DNA from: Heptranchias perlo
Lineage: Eukaryota
Reading direction: 5' to 3'
Length of the DNA stretch: 64,000 bases
NCBI RefSeq assembly: GCF_035084215.1
Contig: NC_090353.1
Coordinates: forward strand, 17,732,001-17,796,000
The position numbers and the translations under genes are program-made. The notes beneath the pieces are model-generated. The model had not been told where the DNA came from, did not search any database, and worked only from the letters and a program-made list of their open reading frames with translations. Shown in pieces: positions 1 to 10,300 of this stretch. Position 1 is the stretch's first letter, and every line of letters starts with the position of its first letter.

Positions 1-2545
1 GGTGCAGGGTGGGTTAAGGTTGGTTTATTGCTGGAGGCGGTGCAGGGTGGGTTAAGGTTGGTTTATTGCTGGAGGCAGTGCAGGGTGGGTTAAGGTTGAT
101 TTATTGCTGCAGGTGGTGCAGAATGGGTTAAGGTTGGTTTATTGCTGGAGGCGGTGCAGTGTGGGTTAAGGTTGGTTTATTGCTGAAGGTGGGTGCAGTG
201 TGGGTTAAGTTTGGTTTATTGCTGGAGGCGGTGCAGTGTGGGTTAAGGTTGGTTTATTGCTGCAGGTGGTGCAGAATGGGTTAAGGTTGGTTTATTGCTG
301 GAGGCGGTGCAGGGTGGGTTAAGGTTGGTTTATTGCTGGAGGCGGTGCAGGGTGAGTTAAGGTTGGTTTGTTGCTGGAGGCGGTGCAGGGTGGGTTAAGG
401 TTGGTTTATTGCTGGAGGTGGTGCAGGGTGGGTTAAGGTTGGTTTATTGCTGAAGGCGGTGCAGGGTGGTTTAAGGTTGGTTTATTGCTGGAGGCGGTGC
501 AGGGTGAGTTAAGGTTGGTTTGTTGCTGGAGGCGGTGCAGGGTGGGTTAAGGTTGGTTTATTGCTGGAGGTGGTGCAGGGTGGGTTAAGGTTGGTTTATT
601 GCTGGAGGCGGTGCAGGGTGGGTTAAGGTTGGTTTATTGCTGGAGGCGGTGCAGGGTGGTTTAAGGTTGGTTTATTGCTGGAGGCGGTGCAGGGTGGGTT
701 AAGGTTGGTTTATTGCTGAAGGTGGTGCAGGGTGGGTTAAGGTTGGTTTATTGCTGGAGGCAGTGCAGGGTGGTTTAAGGTTGGTTTATTGCTGGAGGCG
801 GTGCAGTGTGGGTTAAGGTTGGTTTATTGCTGAAGGCGGTGCAGGGTGGTTTAAGGTTGGTTTATTGCTGGAGGCGGTGCAGTGTGGGTTAAGGTTGGTT
901 TATTGCTGAAGGTGGGTGCAGTGTGGGTTAAGTTTGGTTTATTGCTGAAGGTGGGTGCAGGGTGGGTTAAGGTTGGTTTATTGCTGAAGGTGGGTGCAGT
1001 GTGGTTTAAGGTTGGTTTATTGCTGGAGGCAGTGCAGGGTGGGTTAAGGTTGGTTTATTGCTGAAGGCGGTGCAGGGTGGGTTAAGGTTGGTTTATTGCT
1101 GAAGGTGGGTGCAGTGTGGGTTAAGGTTGGTTTGTTGCTGGAGGCGGTGCAGGGGGCGGTTAAGGTTGGTTTATTGCTGAAGGTGGGTGCAGGGTGGGTT
1201 AAGGTTGGTTTGTTGCTGGAGGCGGTGCAGGGGGCGGTTAAGGTTGGTTTATTGCTGGAGGCGGTGCAGGGGGGGTTAAGGTTAGTTTATTGCTGGAGGC
1301 GTTGCAGTGTGGGTTAAGGTTGGTTTATTGCTGGAGGCGGTGCAGGGGGGGTTAAGATTAGTTTATTGCTGGAGGCGGTGCAGGATGGGTTAAGGTTGGT
1401 TCGTTGCTGGAGGTGGTGCAGGATGGGTTAAGGTTGGTTTATTGCTGGAGGCGGTGCAGTGTGGGTTAAGGTTGGTTTGTTGCTGGAGGCGGTGCAGTGT
1501 GGGTTAAGGTTGGTTTGTTGCTGGAGGCAGTGCAGGGTGGGTTAAAGTTGGTTCGTTGCTGGAGGTGGTGCAGGGTGGGTTAAGGTTGGTTCGTTGCTGG
1601 AGGCGGTGCAGGGTGGGTTAAAGTTGGTTCGTTGCTGGAGGTGGTGCAGGGTGGGTTAAGGTTGGTTCGTTGCTGGAGGCGGTGCAGTGTGGGTTAAGAT
1701 TGGTTTATTGCTGGAGGCGGAGCAGTGTGGGTTAAGGTTGGTTTATTGCTGGAGGCGGAGCAGTGTGGGTTAAGGTTGGTTTATTGCTGGAGGCGGAGCA
1801 GTGTGGGTTAAGGTTGGTTTCTGCTGGAGGTGGTGCAGGGTGGGTTAAGGTTGGTTCGTTGCTGGAGGCGGTGCAGTGTGGGTTAAGGTTGGTTCATTGC
1901 TGGAGGCGGTGCAGGGTGGGTTAAGGTTGGTTTATTGCTGGAGGTGGTGCACGGTGGGTTAAGGTTGGTTCATTGCTGGAGGCGGTGCAGTGTGGGTTAA
2001 GGTTGGTTTATTGCTGGAGGTGGTGCAGGGTGGGTTAAGGTTGGTTTCTGCTGGAGGTGGTGCAGGGTGGGTTAAGGTTGGTTTATTGCTGGAGGCGGAG
2101 CAGTGTGGGTTAAGGTTGGTTTCTGCTGGAGGTGGTGCAGGGTGGGTTAAGGTTGGTTCGTTGCTGGAGGCGGTGCAGTGTGGGTTAAGGTTGGTTCATT
2201 GCTGGAGGCGGAGCAGTGTGGGTTAAGGTTGGTTTCTGCTGGAGGTGGTGCAGGGTGGGTTAAGGTTGGTTCGTTGCTGGAGGCGGTGCAGAATGGGTTA
2301 AGGTTGGTTCATTGCTGGAGGCGGTGCAGTGTGGGTTAAGGTTGGTTTATTGCTGGAGGTGGTGCACGGTGGGTTAAGGTTGGTTCATTGCTGGAGGCGG
2401 TGCAGGGTGGGTTAAGGTTGGTTTATTGCTGGAGGTGGTGCACGGTGGGTTAAGGTTGGTTCATTGCTGGAGGCGGTGCAGTGTGGGTTAAGGTTGGTTT
2501 ATTGCTGGAGGTGGTGCAGGGTGGGTTAAGGTTGGTTTATTGCTG
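1..2545. repeat. 38-bp G/T-rich minisatellite (GGTGCAGGGTGGGTTAAGGTTGGTTTATTGCTGGAGGC)n, about 65 copies, open at window start
   Basis: Unit read directly, with 36-39 bp variants; decays at about 2545-2590. Confidence 0.97.
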
Positions 2546-2609
2546 GGGATGTTTCAGGATTAGTTAAGTTTAAGGTATTGCTGAGGGGCACCCAGTGACC
2601 TTTAACATA

Positions 2610-3300
2610 TTATCCTATGACGTCAGGCCTGGCGGTTTCCGGGTCCCGTGACGCGCGCTGGGATTCTCAGAGGCTCTGGGTACACCCGGCCCGACAGCGC
2701 CAGGACACCGGGGAGCGGCGGGCCCCGATCCGAGGCAGGTCCCTCTCAGGTAACTAACCGGCCCGTTACTGAGTTTTACCTTTGCGCCGCTGCGGATCAA
2801 CCTAATGTGATGGTGGGCGGGAAACCGTGGAATTTGATTGACAGGGAAGCGACCGATCAAGTTAAAGGGAATTCCGGGGGCCGTGATACGATAGGCCAAT
2901 TGTCGGTGTTTAGGGCGGGTGCTGCGGGCGGGAGGCAGGCCGGTTGAATGGGCACTTGCCGGGCCCGGCTCTCCTGATAGTTCCCTCCGGCACCGGCTGC
3001 TCCTCCTCAGGCCTTCGGTCACCGAAGCGACCTAACTGACCGTCAAGGGCGCTTCCGGCAGCAGGTGCGGCCGGCGACTTGGCCTGTGCTCACTCCCCTT
3101 AAAGGGACATGGACTCCGCCGCCGCCTCCTCCTCCATCCCGCTCGGAGTGAGTTCGGGTTTAAAGCCGGATCGTACCCGGACTCTCACTGATTGAAGCCC
3201 CGCGCCCCGACCCGCCAATCGGTGTGTTGTGTGACGTCATTGTAATTTGGCGGCCCCTTGGTTCAAATCAAGGTCCGGGAGCAATTTACAAAGAGGCAGA
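2610..3300. promoter_or_regulatory. CpG-island promoter, probably of the CDC42SE gene and possibly bidirectional
   Basis: High GC/CpG; full CRE palindromes TGACGTCA at 2618-2625 and 3232-3239; PBX/PREP decamer TGATTGACAG 2835-2844; CCAAT at about 2896 and 3215; ETS-like TTCCGG; donor-like GTGAGT at 3148. Confidence 0.75.
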
Positions 3301-3643
3301 TTTTCCCATCGGTGTGTGTGTGTGTGTTTAATTACCTATAATACCCATATCTGCGCCAATTAAATGGGCTTTACTGCTTGTAAACTGCTGAGGTCCGATA
3401 GAGGGCAGTTGCATCTCCTTGTAAATTTCTGGCTGCAGGTCAGCATGAAAAAGTTGTCCTTAATAAGGCCTGGATTCTATTGAATTGTGACCCAATGAAG
3501 TGTTATGTCTGGAGTGTGACAGACCCACATTGGTTTCAAGTCTTTTATATAATGTGTATAATGATCCAAATGGCTGATAGAATACACAATATAATTTTTC
3601 TCCTTTTTGGCCAGTTTGCCCTTCCTCCTTCATAAAATATTGA

Positions 3644-3763
3644 TGTAAGGAATCTTACAACACCAGGTTATAGTCCTGTTGGACGATAAACTGTTGGACT
3701 ATAACCTGGTGTTGTAAGATTCCTTACATTTGTACACCCCAGTCCATCACCGGCATCTCCACA
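3644..3763. mobile_element. Short Penelope-like inverted-repeat insertion with 14-bp TSD
   Basis: Perfect 34-bp inverted repeat 3643-3676/3696-3729; TCATAAAATATTGA duplicated at 3630-3643 and 3764-3777; tail resembles shark Penelope termini (from memory). Confidence 0.65.
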
Positions 3764-3769
3764 TCATAA

Positions 3770-4170
3770 AATATTGACTTCTTGCAGGAGTATGGGTTTC
3801 ACAGGTACTGGCAGCATTTTGGTACCTCGTCTGTGTATGAATTCTTCACGTGTGAGCTTAGTTGGTGAGTGTTGGCTGTGTATAAGACAGTGGAGGGGCA
3901 TCACAGCTGAGCCGCATTCTATTGTATGAAGTTCACACACACACTTGCACTTTCTATCAGAGATCGCTGGATAGAAATCAGGAGCAGGATCCATGGCTAA
4001 TTTTCCTTTCCTCCCTCGCTCCTTCTAAGGATGCAGAGGCTAATTGTAAGGACCCTGCTGCTGCTTCAGATGAGCTAAGCTAACTCAACACACACCACGG
4101 ATGTAACCTGCGGCTTTCCTGATCTTTATGGCTCAATTACTCACTGTCTTAACCAGCTGATCCATTGAAG
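3770..4170 (-). mobile_element. Old SINE-like dispersed repeat (family A)
   Basis: Shared blocks (sense TTAGCTGATCTCAG, CCTGCTCCTGATCACTATCCAGTGACCCCTGCTG) with copies at about 5.2, 6.7, 15.6, 16.5, 18.1, 22.9, 38.2, 42.9, 46.5, 54.9, 59.2 and 63.7 kb. Confidence 0.6.
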
Positions 4171-4574
4171 CGGCTCACTGCACATACAACTTATAAAAAT
4201 AGACTGGTGACTTGTTCATAAATTATAAAATATTCCTGGTCTGTTTGATAACTGCAGGACAGCATGATGGATAGTTACAGATCCCTCAGAGGGGCATGAT
4301 ATTATGCTGCATCATGTCAATGTCAATCCCAATCCCAACGATAATACATTTTGAGCTTCTTGCTGAGTAGAGGTGACTGAACGGAACTGAACTCATGACT
4401 CAAATTGGACAGGCTGTGTGTTGAGTGAATTTGAACTTCTGGAGATATCCTGCGTGAGTCTGGATCAGTGAAGATATTGAGGATGGCACACCCACCCTGG
4501 GATCAGTAAAGACTTGTTCAAATCAACGGTTTAAATTATCAGTTGGAATTTGGAATGCACCACAAACACCAAGT

Positions 4575-4750
4575 CAAACACAGGTCTGTCAACATCTGAA
4601 AAAAGAGGAGGCAAGTTAACATTTGGCTCAGAGAGCCTTCATCTGACTAAGAGACTCCATGCAAATGTTAACCCGTCATTCAGATACTAATAGAGCTACC
4701 TTGTATTTCCAGCATTTTCTGTTTTAATTTTAGATTTTCTGCAGTTTTTT
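4575..4750. mobile_element. Degenerate Penelope-like terminal fragment
   Basis: GTATTTCCAGCATTTTCTGTTT tail shared with 51337-51360; imperfect inverted arrangement. Confidence 0.45.
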
Positions 4751-5332
4751 ATTTTTATCTCAAAAATAAAGTATGTGCGCACTTTCTTCGTCTCCATGGT
4801 AGTAAAACTTATAGAATCATGGTGAAGGAGACTCTCTTCCAAAATGACCTACTTTTCATTCAGGTGCTGACGGATCTGCATTTCAATTTTTATTTCAATC
4901 CCTTGTGGCATTTCTAGAAGAAAATCTCCTCACTCACTAACAAAAAACACACAGCGTGGAACAAACACACATTGACACAGAGGTCACATTATACGCAGAG
5001 AGTCAGATTTCTACTTGGCCCACAGCACAAATACCACATTCTATATGCCTTCTCCCTTCCGTCAGTCCTTTATAAATGCACCAGACGTTCTCACTTAACT
5101 GTACTCAACACTAGAAATTTCCACAAACTTCACCGATGACTCAGTAAGTTTATCTAGTGAGTTCCTGAGTTACACGGAAAACTTCCAGGTTCCATCCCCA
5201 CTCTGTTGGGTTAGCTGATCTCTAGCATAGCGGCAATAGGGGTGGTCCGACTTGCCTCCACATTCTTCGGTTAGGAAGGGAAAAAAGAACCACGGTTTTG
5301 GCACCTGATCACAAACCAGTGGTTCCTGCTTC

Positions 5333-5640
5333 AGTAAGGAGGGGTGACTGTCCCTGTGAGAGGGCGCCCCGGTAAGGAGGGGTGGCTGTCCCCGTGGGAG
5401 GGCGCCCCGGTAAGGAGGGGTGACTGCCCCCGTGGGAGGGCGCCCCGGTAAGGAGGGGTGACTGCCCCCGTGGGAGGGCGCCCCGGTAAGGAGGGGTGAC
5501 TGCCCCCGTGGGAGGGCGCCCCGGTAAGGAGGGGTGACTGCCCCCGTGGGAGGGCGCCCCGGTAAGGAGGGGTGACTGCCCCCGTGGGAGGGCGCCCCGG
5601 TAAGGAGGGGTGACTGTCCCCGTGGGAGGGAACCCCAGTA
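5333..5640. repeat. 38-bp GC-rich minisatellite (GGTAAGGAGGGGTGACTGCCCCCGTGGGAGGGCGCCCC)n, about 8 copies
   Basis: Direct tandem unit, 38-nt period (5371, 5409 ...), no spacers. Confidence 0.95.
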
Positions 5641-6412
5641 AGGATTCAATATCTTGAGTGGAGAAAAATATCAACAAAAAAATTCTAGAAAATCGTTTGC
5701 AGACGTTTTATGGTAGAAACTGTGTCTTTTTAAAACAAAATATTCACTACTTGAACGATGTTCCAGGATATAGTGTCAGTGTGAAATGACCCAATAATCT
5801 GGTTATGATCTAACAGACTAGAAATGTTTTCTAATGACTTCAGAATGGTGGAGTCTCAGATTTTAATAAGACTGTATTCCACTTTTATTTACTGGAGCAA
5901 CTGACTTGATGGGTATGATTCAGCAACAGAGTCAGCTGGACTGGGCTCAGCTTTGTGTGGAGTTACAGATAAGCTATGAAAGGATTGAAGAATCTGCAGT
6001 TATTGTGGCATGGGATTTGACAATGTTTTACACCGTACACTGCACAGTATGGTCCAACAAGTAAAAGTGCTTTTTCTGAAGATATAGTTTTAATTTAGTG
6101 TTCCAGCATTTACCACAAAGTCTGACTAACTGAGTAATGACTACTGTGTAAAGACACTGACACATACTGTAAACTTTTGAGTCATGGGGAAAGTATAGAT
6201 TCCCATGGGATTCCCAGGCAGATACAAATCCTGTTGCCTAGCTGAACGCCAGAGTCCTGTCCGACAGTCTGAGGTACACCATCCATTTGAAACTTGTTGG
6301 GTGTGCGCTATTTTTAGGTGAGGATATTCCTATGGAGTAGCCGGGAACGAGCTGTATGGGTAGAAGCTTACATGATGCATTTTTTCCCACAGTGATGCTC
6401 TTCAAAGAAGTT

Positions 6413-6655
6413 GGATATGGATTCCCCGATCTCTGACTCTCACTGGGATATGAGTTCCTTGATCTCTGACTCTCACTGGGATATGGGTTCCCTGAGCCCT
6501 AACTCTCACTGAGGTTCAGGTTCCCTGGACACTAACTTTTCTTGGGGTATGGATTCTCCAGGTGCTGTGTTTCGCTGGGGTTTAGGTTCCATGGGCGCTG
6601 ACACTTGCTAGGGTAGGGTTCCTGGTTGCTGATTCTTACTGGGGTATGGTTTCCA
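6413..6655. repeat. Degenerate ~33-bp tandem repeat (GGATATGGGTTCCCTGATCTCTGACTCTCACTG-like), about 7 copies
   Basis: Visible periodicity; abuts a family-A copy (6660-6920). Confidence 0.75.
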
Positions 6656-7331
6656 TCTGTGTGAAACCAGAATCAGTTTGGGGGTTGAAGGGGGAGGGCT
6701 TCAGAACTGATCCAACATCACACATGTATTTCCTAGAAGGAATCAGTCACCAGTAATCAGGAGTAGGATCCCTTGCTGTTTGTTTTATCATCCTCCCTAT
6801 CTCACGGGCAGTAAGGCCAATTGTAACTCCCCCATGGGCTCTGCTGGCTCACATCAGCTAGCTGGGAACTTGCTGCGCTATTTGCCTTGGATACTCACTG
6901 GATAAGCTCCGGACCCACCATAGGAGATGTATTTTCTGTTTTAAAAGCTAACGTAGAACAGTGTAGTGTTGGCCACTTGGTAATTGTGGAGCCTCAGTGA
7001 TTCCGCGCTCAGGGCCAAAATAAATAAATGCAAAAATAAAACCAGATAATGTTTCCCTGACGCAAATGTTTATTTTGTTTCTACAGCTTGGTTACGGCAG
7101 TACTGGTGATCCACAAACCTGCTGCAGCATTGGTATGAGAAAAAATTTCAGTAGAAAGACTGATAACCAGCTGCCTGATTACTAGACTTCAGCACCCTGC
7201 GGTTGACGCCACAAGTACCAGATCCTGAGTGTTCTACAACGAAGGCATCGCCTGCCTGTGTTCCTTTAGGGTCTGCCAACATAGCCAAAGTGATCCTGGA
7301 TTTATCAAATGCGACCAAATAGTTTGTAACA

Positions 7332-7385
7332 ATGAGTGAATTCTGGTTATGTTTTAACTGCTGTATTGCAGAACAACCACAGCCA
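7332..7385 (+). CDS. CDC42SE2: CDC42SE first coding exon (exon probably 7087-7385 including 5'UTR)
   Basis: [18 protein letters not shown] then GTAAGT; acceptor TTTTGTTTCTACAG ends 7086. Confidence 0.92.
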
Positions 7386-10300
7386 GTAAGTGTTTTTTTT
7401 AAATGAATGAATCCCATACTTTTAACTGTTTACTGAATTTATAATAGTACAGAACCATGCTGCTGGATTTAATGGCTTGTTTTATAGTTATTAAAGAGAA
7501 GGAGTTGTGATTAAAATGGAACATCTGCTCTCAGCTTTGAACTCCTGGACACTCTGATGTCCACATTTAAGTTGCACAAGTTTTTTGGGGGGATGGGGGT
7601 GGATTTAAGTGGATTAGCACACTAACCATAAAACACCTGTAACTACTGTAATGCTTATTTACCATTTTACAGTACCATTCTACACAGACTAGACCGATTG
7701 TGCAGTGATCATTTATATAGGGTATAACTTTTATAATTTAATGGGAATACTTCTGGTGTCTGCTTGCATTAATGGATCTGCTGCATATTCATCGTAATCT
7801 GTGCAATGTCATCACTTTACCACTATCGTATCCATGTGTTAAAGTGCTGAAGGATCTCTCACCTGATCTTGCTACTTTTTTTGACAGAAAAGGCGGAGGC
7901 GGATAGACAGGAGTATGATTGGAGAACCAACAAATTTTGTTCACACATCGCACATGGGGGCTGGAGATATGTTTGGGGATCGAATGCACTCTGTAAGTGT
8001 CTCTAAAATATTTTGCAGGGTTACGAAATCATTTTCATTTGCTGCCTTGTTATTTTGTCTGCTTTGCAACTGTGGTGGAGAGCGAGCGAGCCAGCCAGCA
8101 ACTGAGCGGGTGAGCAAGTGCCTCATCCACTCCTAGGCCTAGGCCTCAGCCCCTCAATTCTGGTAACATCCTTGTATATCTTTTTTGCACTTTCTCCAGT
8201 GCTTCAATATCCTTTTTGTAGTATGGAGACCAGAACTGCACATAATACTCCAAGTGTAGTCTAACCAAGGTTCTATATAAGTTTAACATGACCTCCCTGC
8301 TTTTGTCTTCTGTTCCTCTAGAAATGAACCCCAGCACTTTCTTTGTACTCTTTATGGCCTTATCAACTTTTAGCGATTCATGTATATGTAATCCCAAATC
8401 TCTCTGCTCCTCTACCCCATTTAGTTTCTTACCCTCTAAGGAATAAGTGGCCTTATTCTTCCAAACAAAATGAACCACCTCACACTTTGTTATATTGAAT
8501 TTAATTTGCCATTTATCCTTCCACTCTGCAAGTCTGCTTATGTCTTTCTATGTTTTGGTGCAGCCCTCCACATTATCAGCTTTATCCCTCAATTTGGTAT
8601 CATCTGCAAATTTCGATACCATATCTCCAATTTCTGAGTCCAAATTATTTATGTGTATGATGAAAACAGTGGTCCCAGCACAGATCCCTGCGGGATATCG
8701 TTTCCCACTTTCTGCCAATCCGAGAAACTTCCCTTTTTAAATTTTTTTTTTATTCGTTCATGGGATGTGGGTGTCGCTGGCAAGGCCAGCATTTATTGCC
8801 CATCCCTAATTGCCCTTGAGAAGGTGGTGGTGAGCCGCCTTCTTGAACCGCTGCAGTCCGTGAGGTGAAGGTTCTCCCACAGTGCTGTTAGGGAGGGAGT
8901 TCCAGGATTTTGACCCAGCGATGATGAAGGAACGACGATATATTTCTAAGTTGGGATGGTGTGTGACTTGGAGGGGAACGCGCAGGTGGTGTTCCCATGT
9001 GCCTGCTGCCCTTGTCCTTTTAGGTGGTAGAGGTCGCGGGTTTGGGAGGTGCTGTGGAAGAAATCTTGGCAAGTTGCTGCAGTGCATCCTGTGGATGGTA
9101 CACACTGCAGCCACAGTGTGCCGGTGGTGAAGGGAGTGAATGTTTAGGGTGGTGGATGGGTGCCAATCAAGCGGGCTGCTTTGTCCTGGATGGTGTCGAG
9201 CTTCTTGAGTGTTGTTGGAGCTGCACTCATCCAGGCAAGTGGAGAGTATTCCATCACACTCCTGACTTGTGACTCGTAGATGACGGAAAGGTTTTGGGGA
9301 GTCAGGAGGTGAGTCACTCACCGCAGAATACCCAGCCTCTGACCTGCACTTGTAGCCACAGTATTTATGTGGCTGGTCCAGTTCAGTTTCTGGTCAATGG
9401 TGACCCCCAGGATGTTGATGGTGGGGGATTCGGCGATGGTAATGCCGTTAAATGTCAAGGGGAGGTCGTTAGACTCTCTCTTGTTGGAGATGGTCATTGC
9501 CTGGCACTTGTCTGGCGTGAATGTTACTTGTCACCTATCAGCCCAAGCCTGGATGTGTCCAGGTCTTGCTGCATGTGGGCACGGACTGCTTCATTATCTG
9601 AGGGGTTGCGAATGGAACTGAACACTGTGCAATCATCAGCGAACATCCCCATTTCTGACCTTATGATGGAGGGAAGGTCATTGATGAAGCAGCTGAAGAT
9701 TGTTGGGCCTAGGATACTGCCCTGAGGAACTCCTGCAGCAATGTCCTAGGGCTGAGATGATTGGCCTCCAACAACCACTACCATCTTCCTTTGTGCTAGG
9801 TATGACTCCAGCCACTGGAGAGTTTTCCCCCTGATTCCCATTGACTCCAATTTTACGAGGGCTCCTTGGTGCCACACTCGGTCAAATGCTGCCTTGATGT
9901 CAAGGGCAGTCACTCTCACCTCACCTCTGGAATTCAGCTCTTTTGTCCATGTTTGGACCAAGGCTGTAATGAGGTCTGGAGCCGAGTGGTCCTGGCGGAA
10001 CCCAAACTGAGCATTGGTGAGCAGGTTATTGGTGAGTAAGTGGTGCTTGATAGCATTTTCGACGACTCCTTCCATCATTTTGCTGATGATTGAGAGTAGG
10101 CTGAAGGGGCGCTAATTGGCCGGATTGGATTTGTCCTGCTTTTTGTGGACAGGACATACCTGGGCAATTTTCCACATTGTCGGGTAGATGCCAGTGTCGT
10201 AGCTGTACTGGAACAGTTTGGCTAGAGGCGCAGCTAGTTCTGGAGCACAAGTCTTCAGCGCTATAGCCAGGATGCTGTCAGGGCCCATAGCCTTTGCTGT

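Noticed and set aside
1-2545. Telomeric repeat or coding ORFs
   Set aside because: Only one GGGTTA per 38-bp unit, not tandem hexamers; ORFs are repeat translations
5333-5640. Palindromic 38-bp repeats resembling a CRISPR array
   Set aside because: Head-to-tail units with no unique spacers, no cas genes, vertebrate intron
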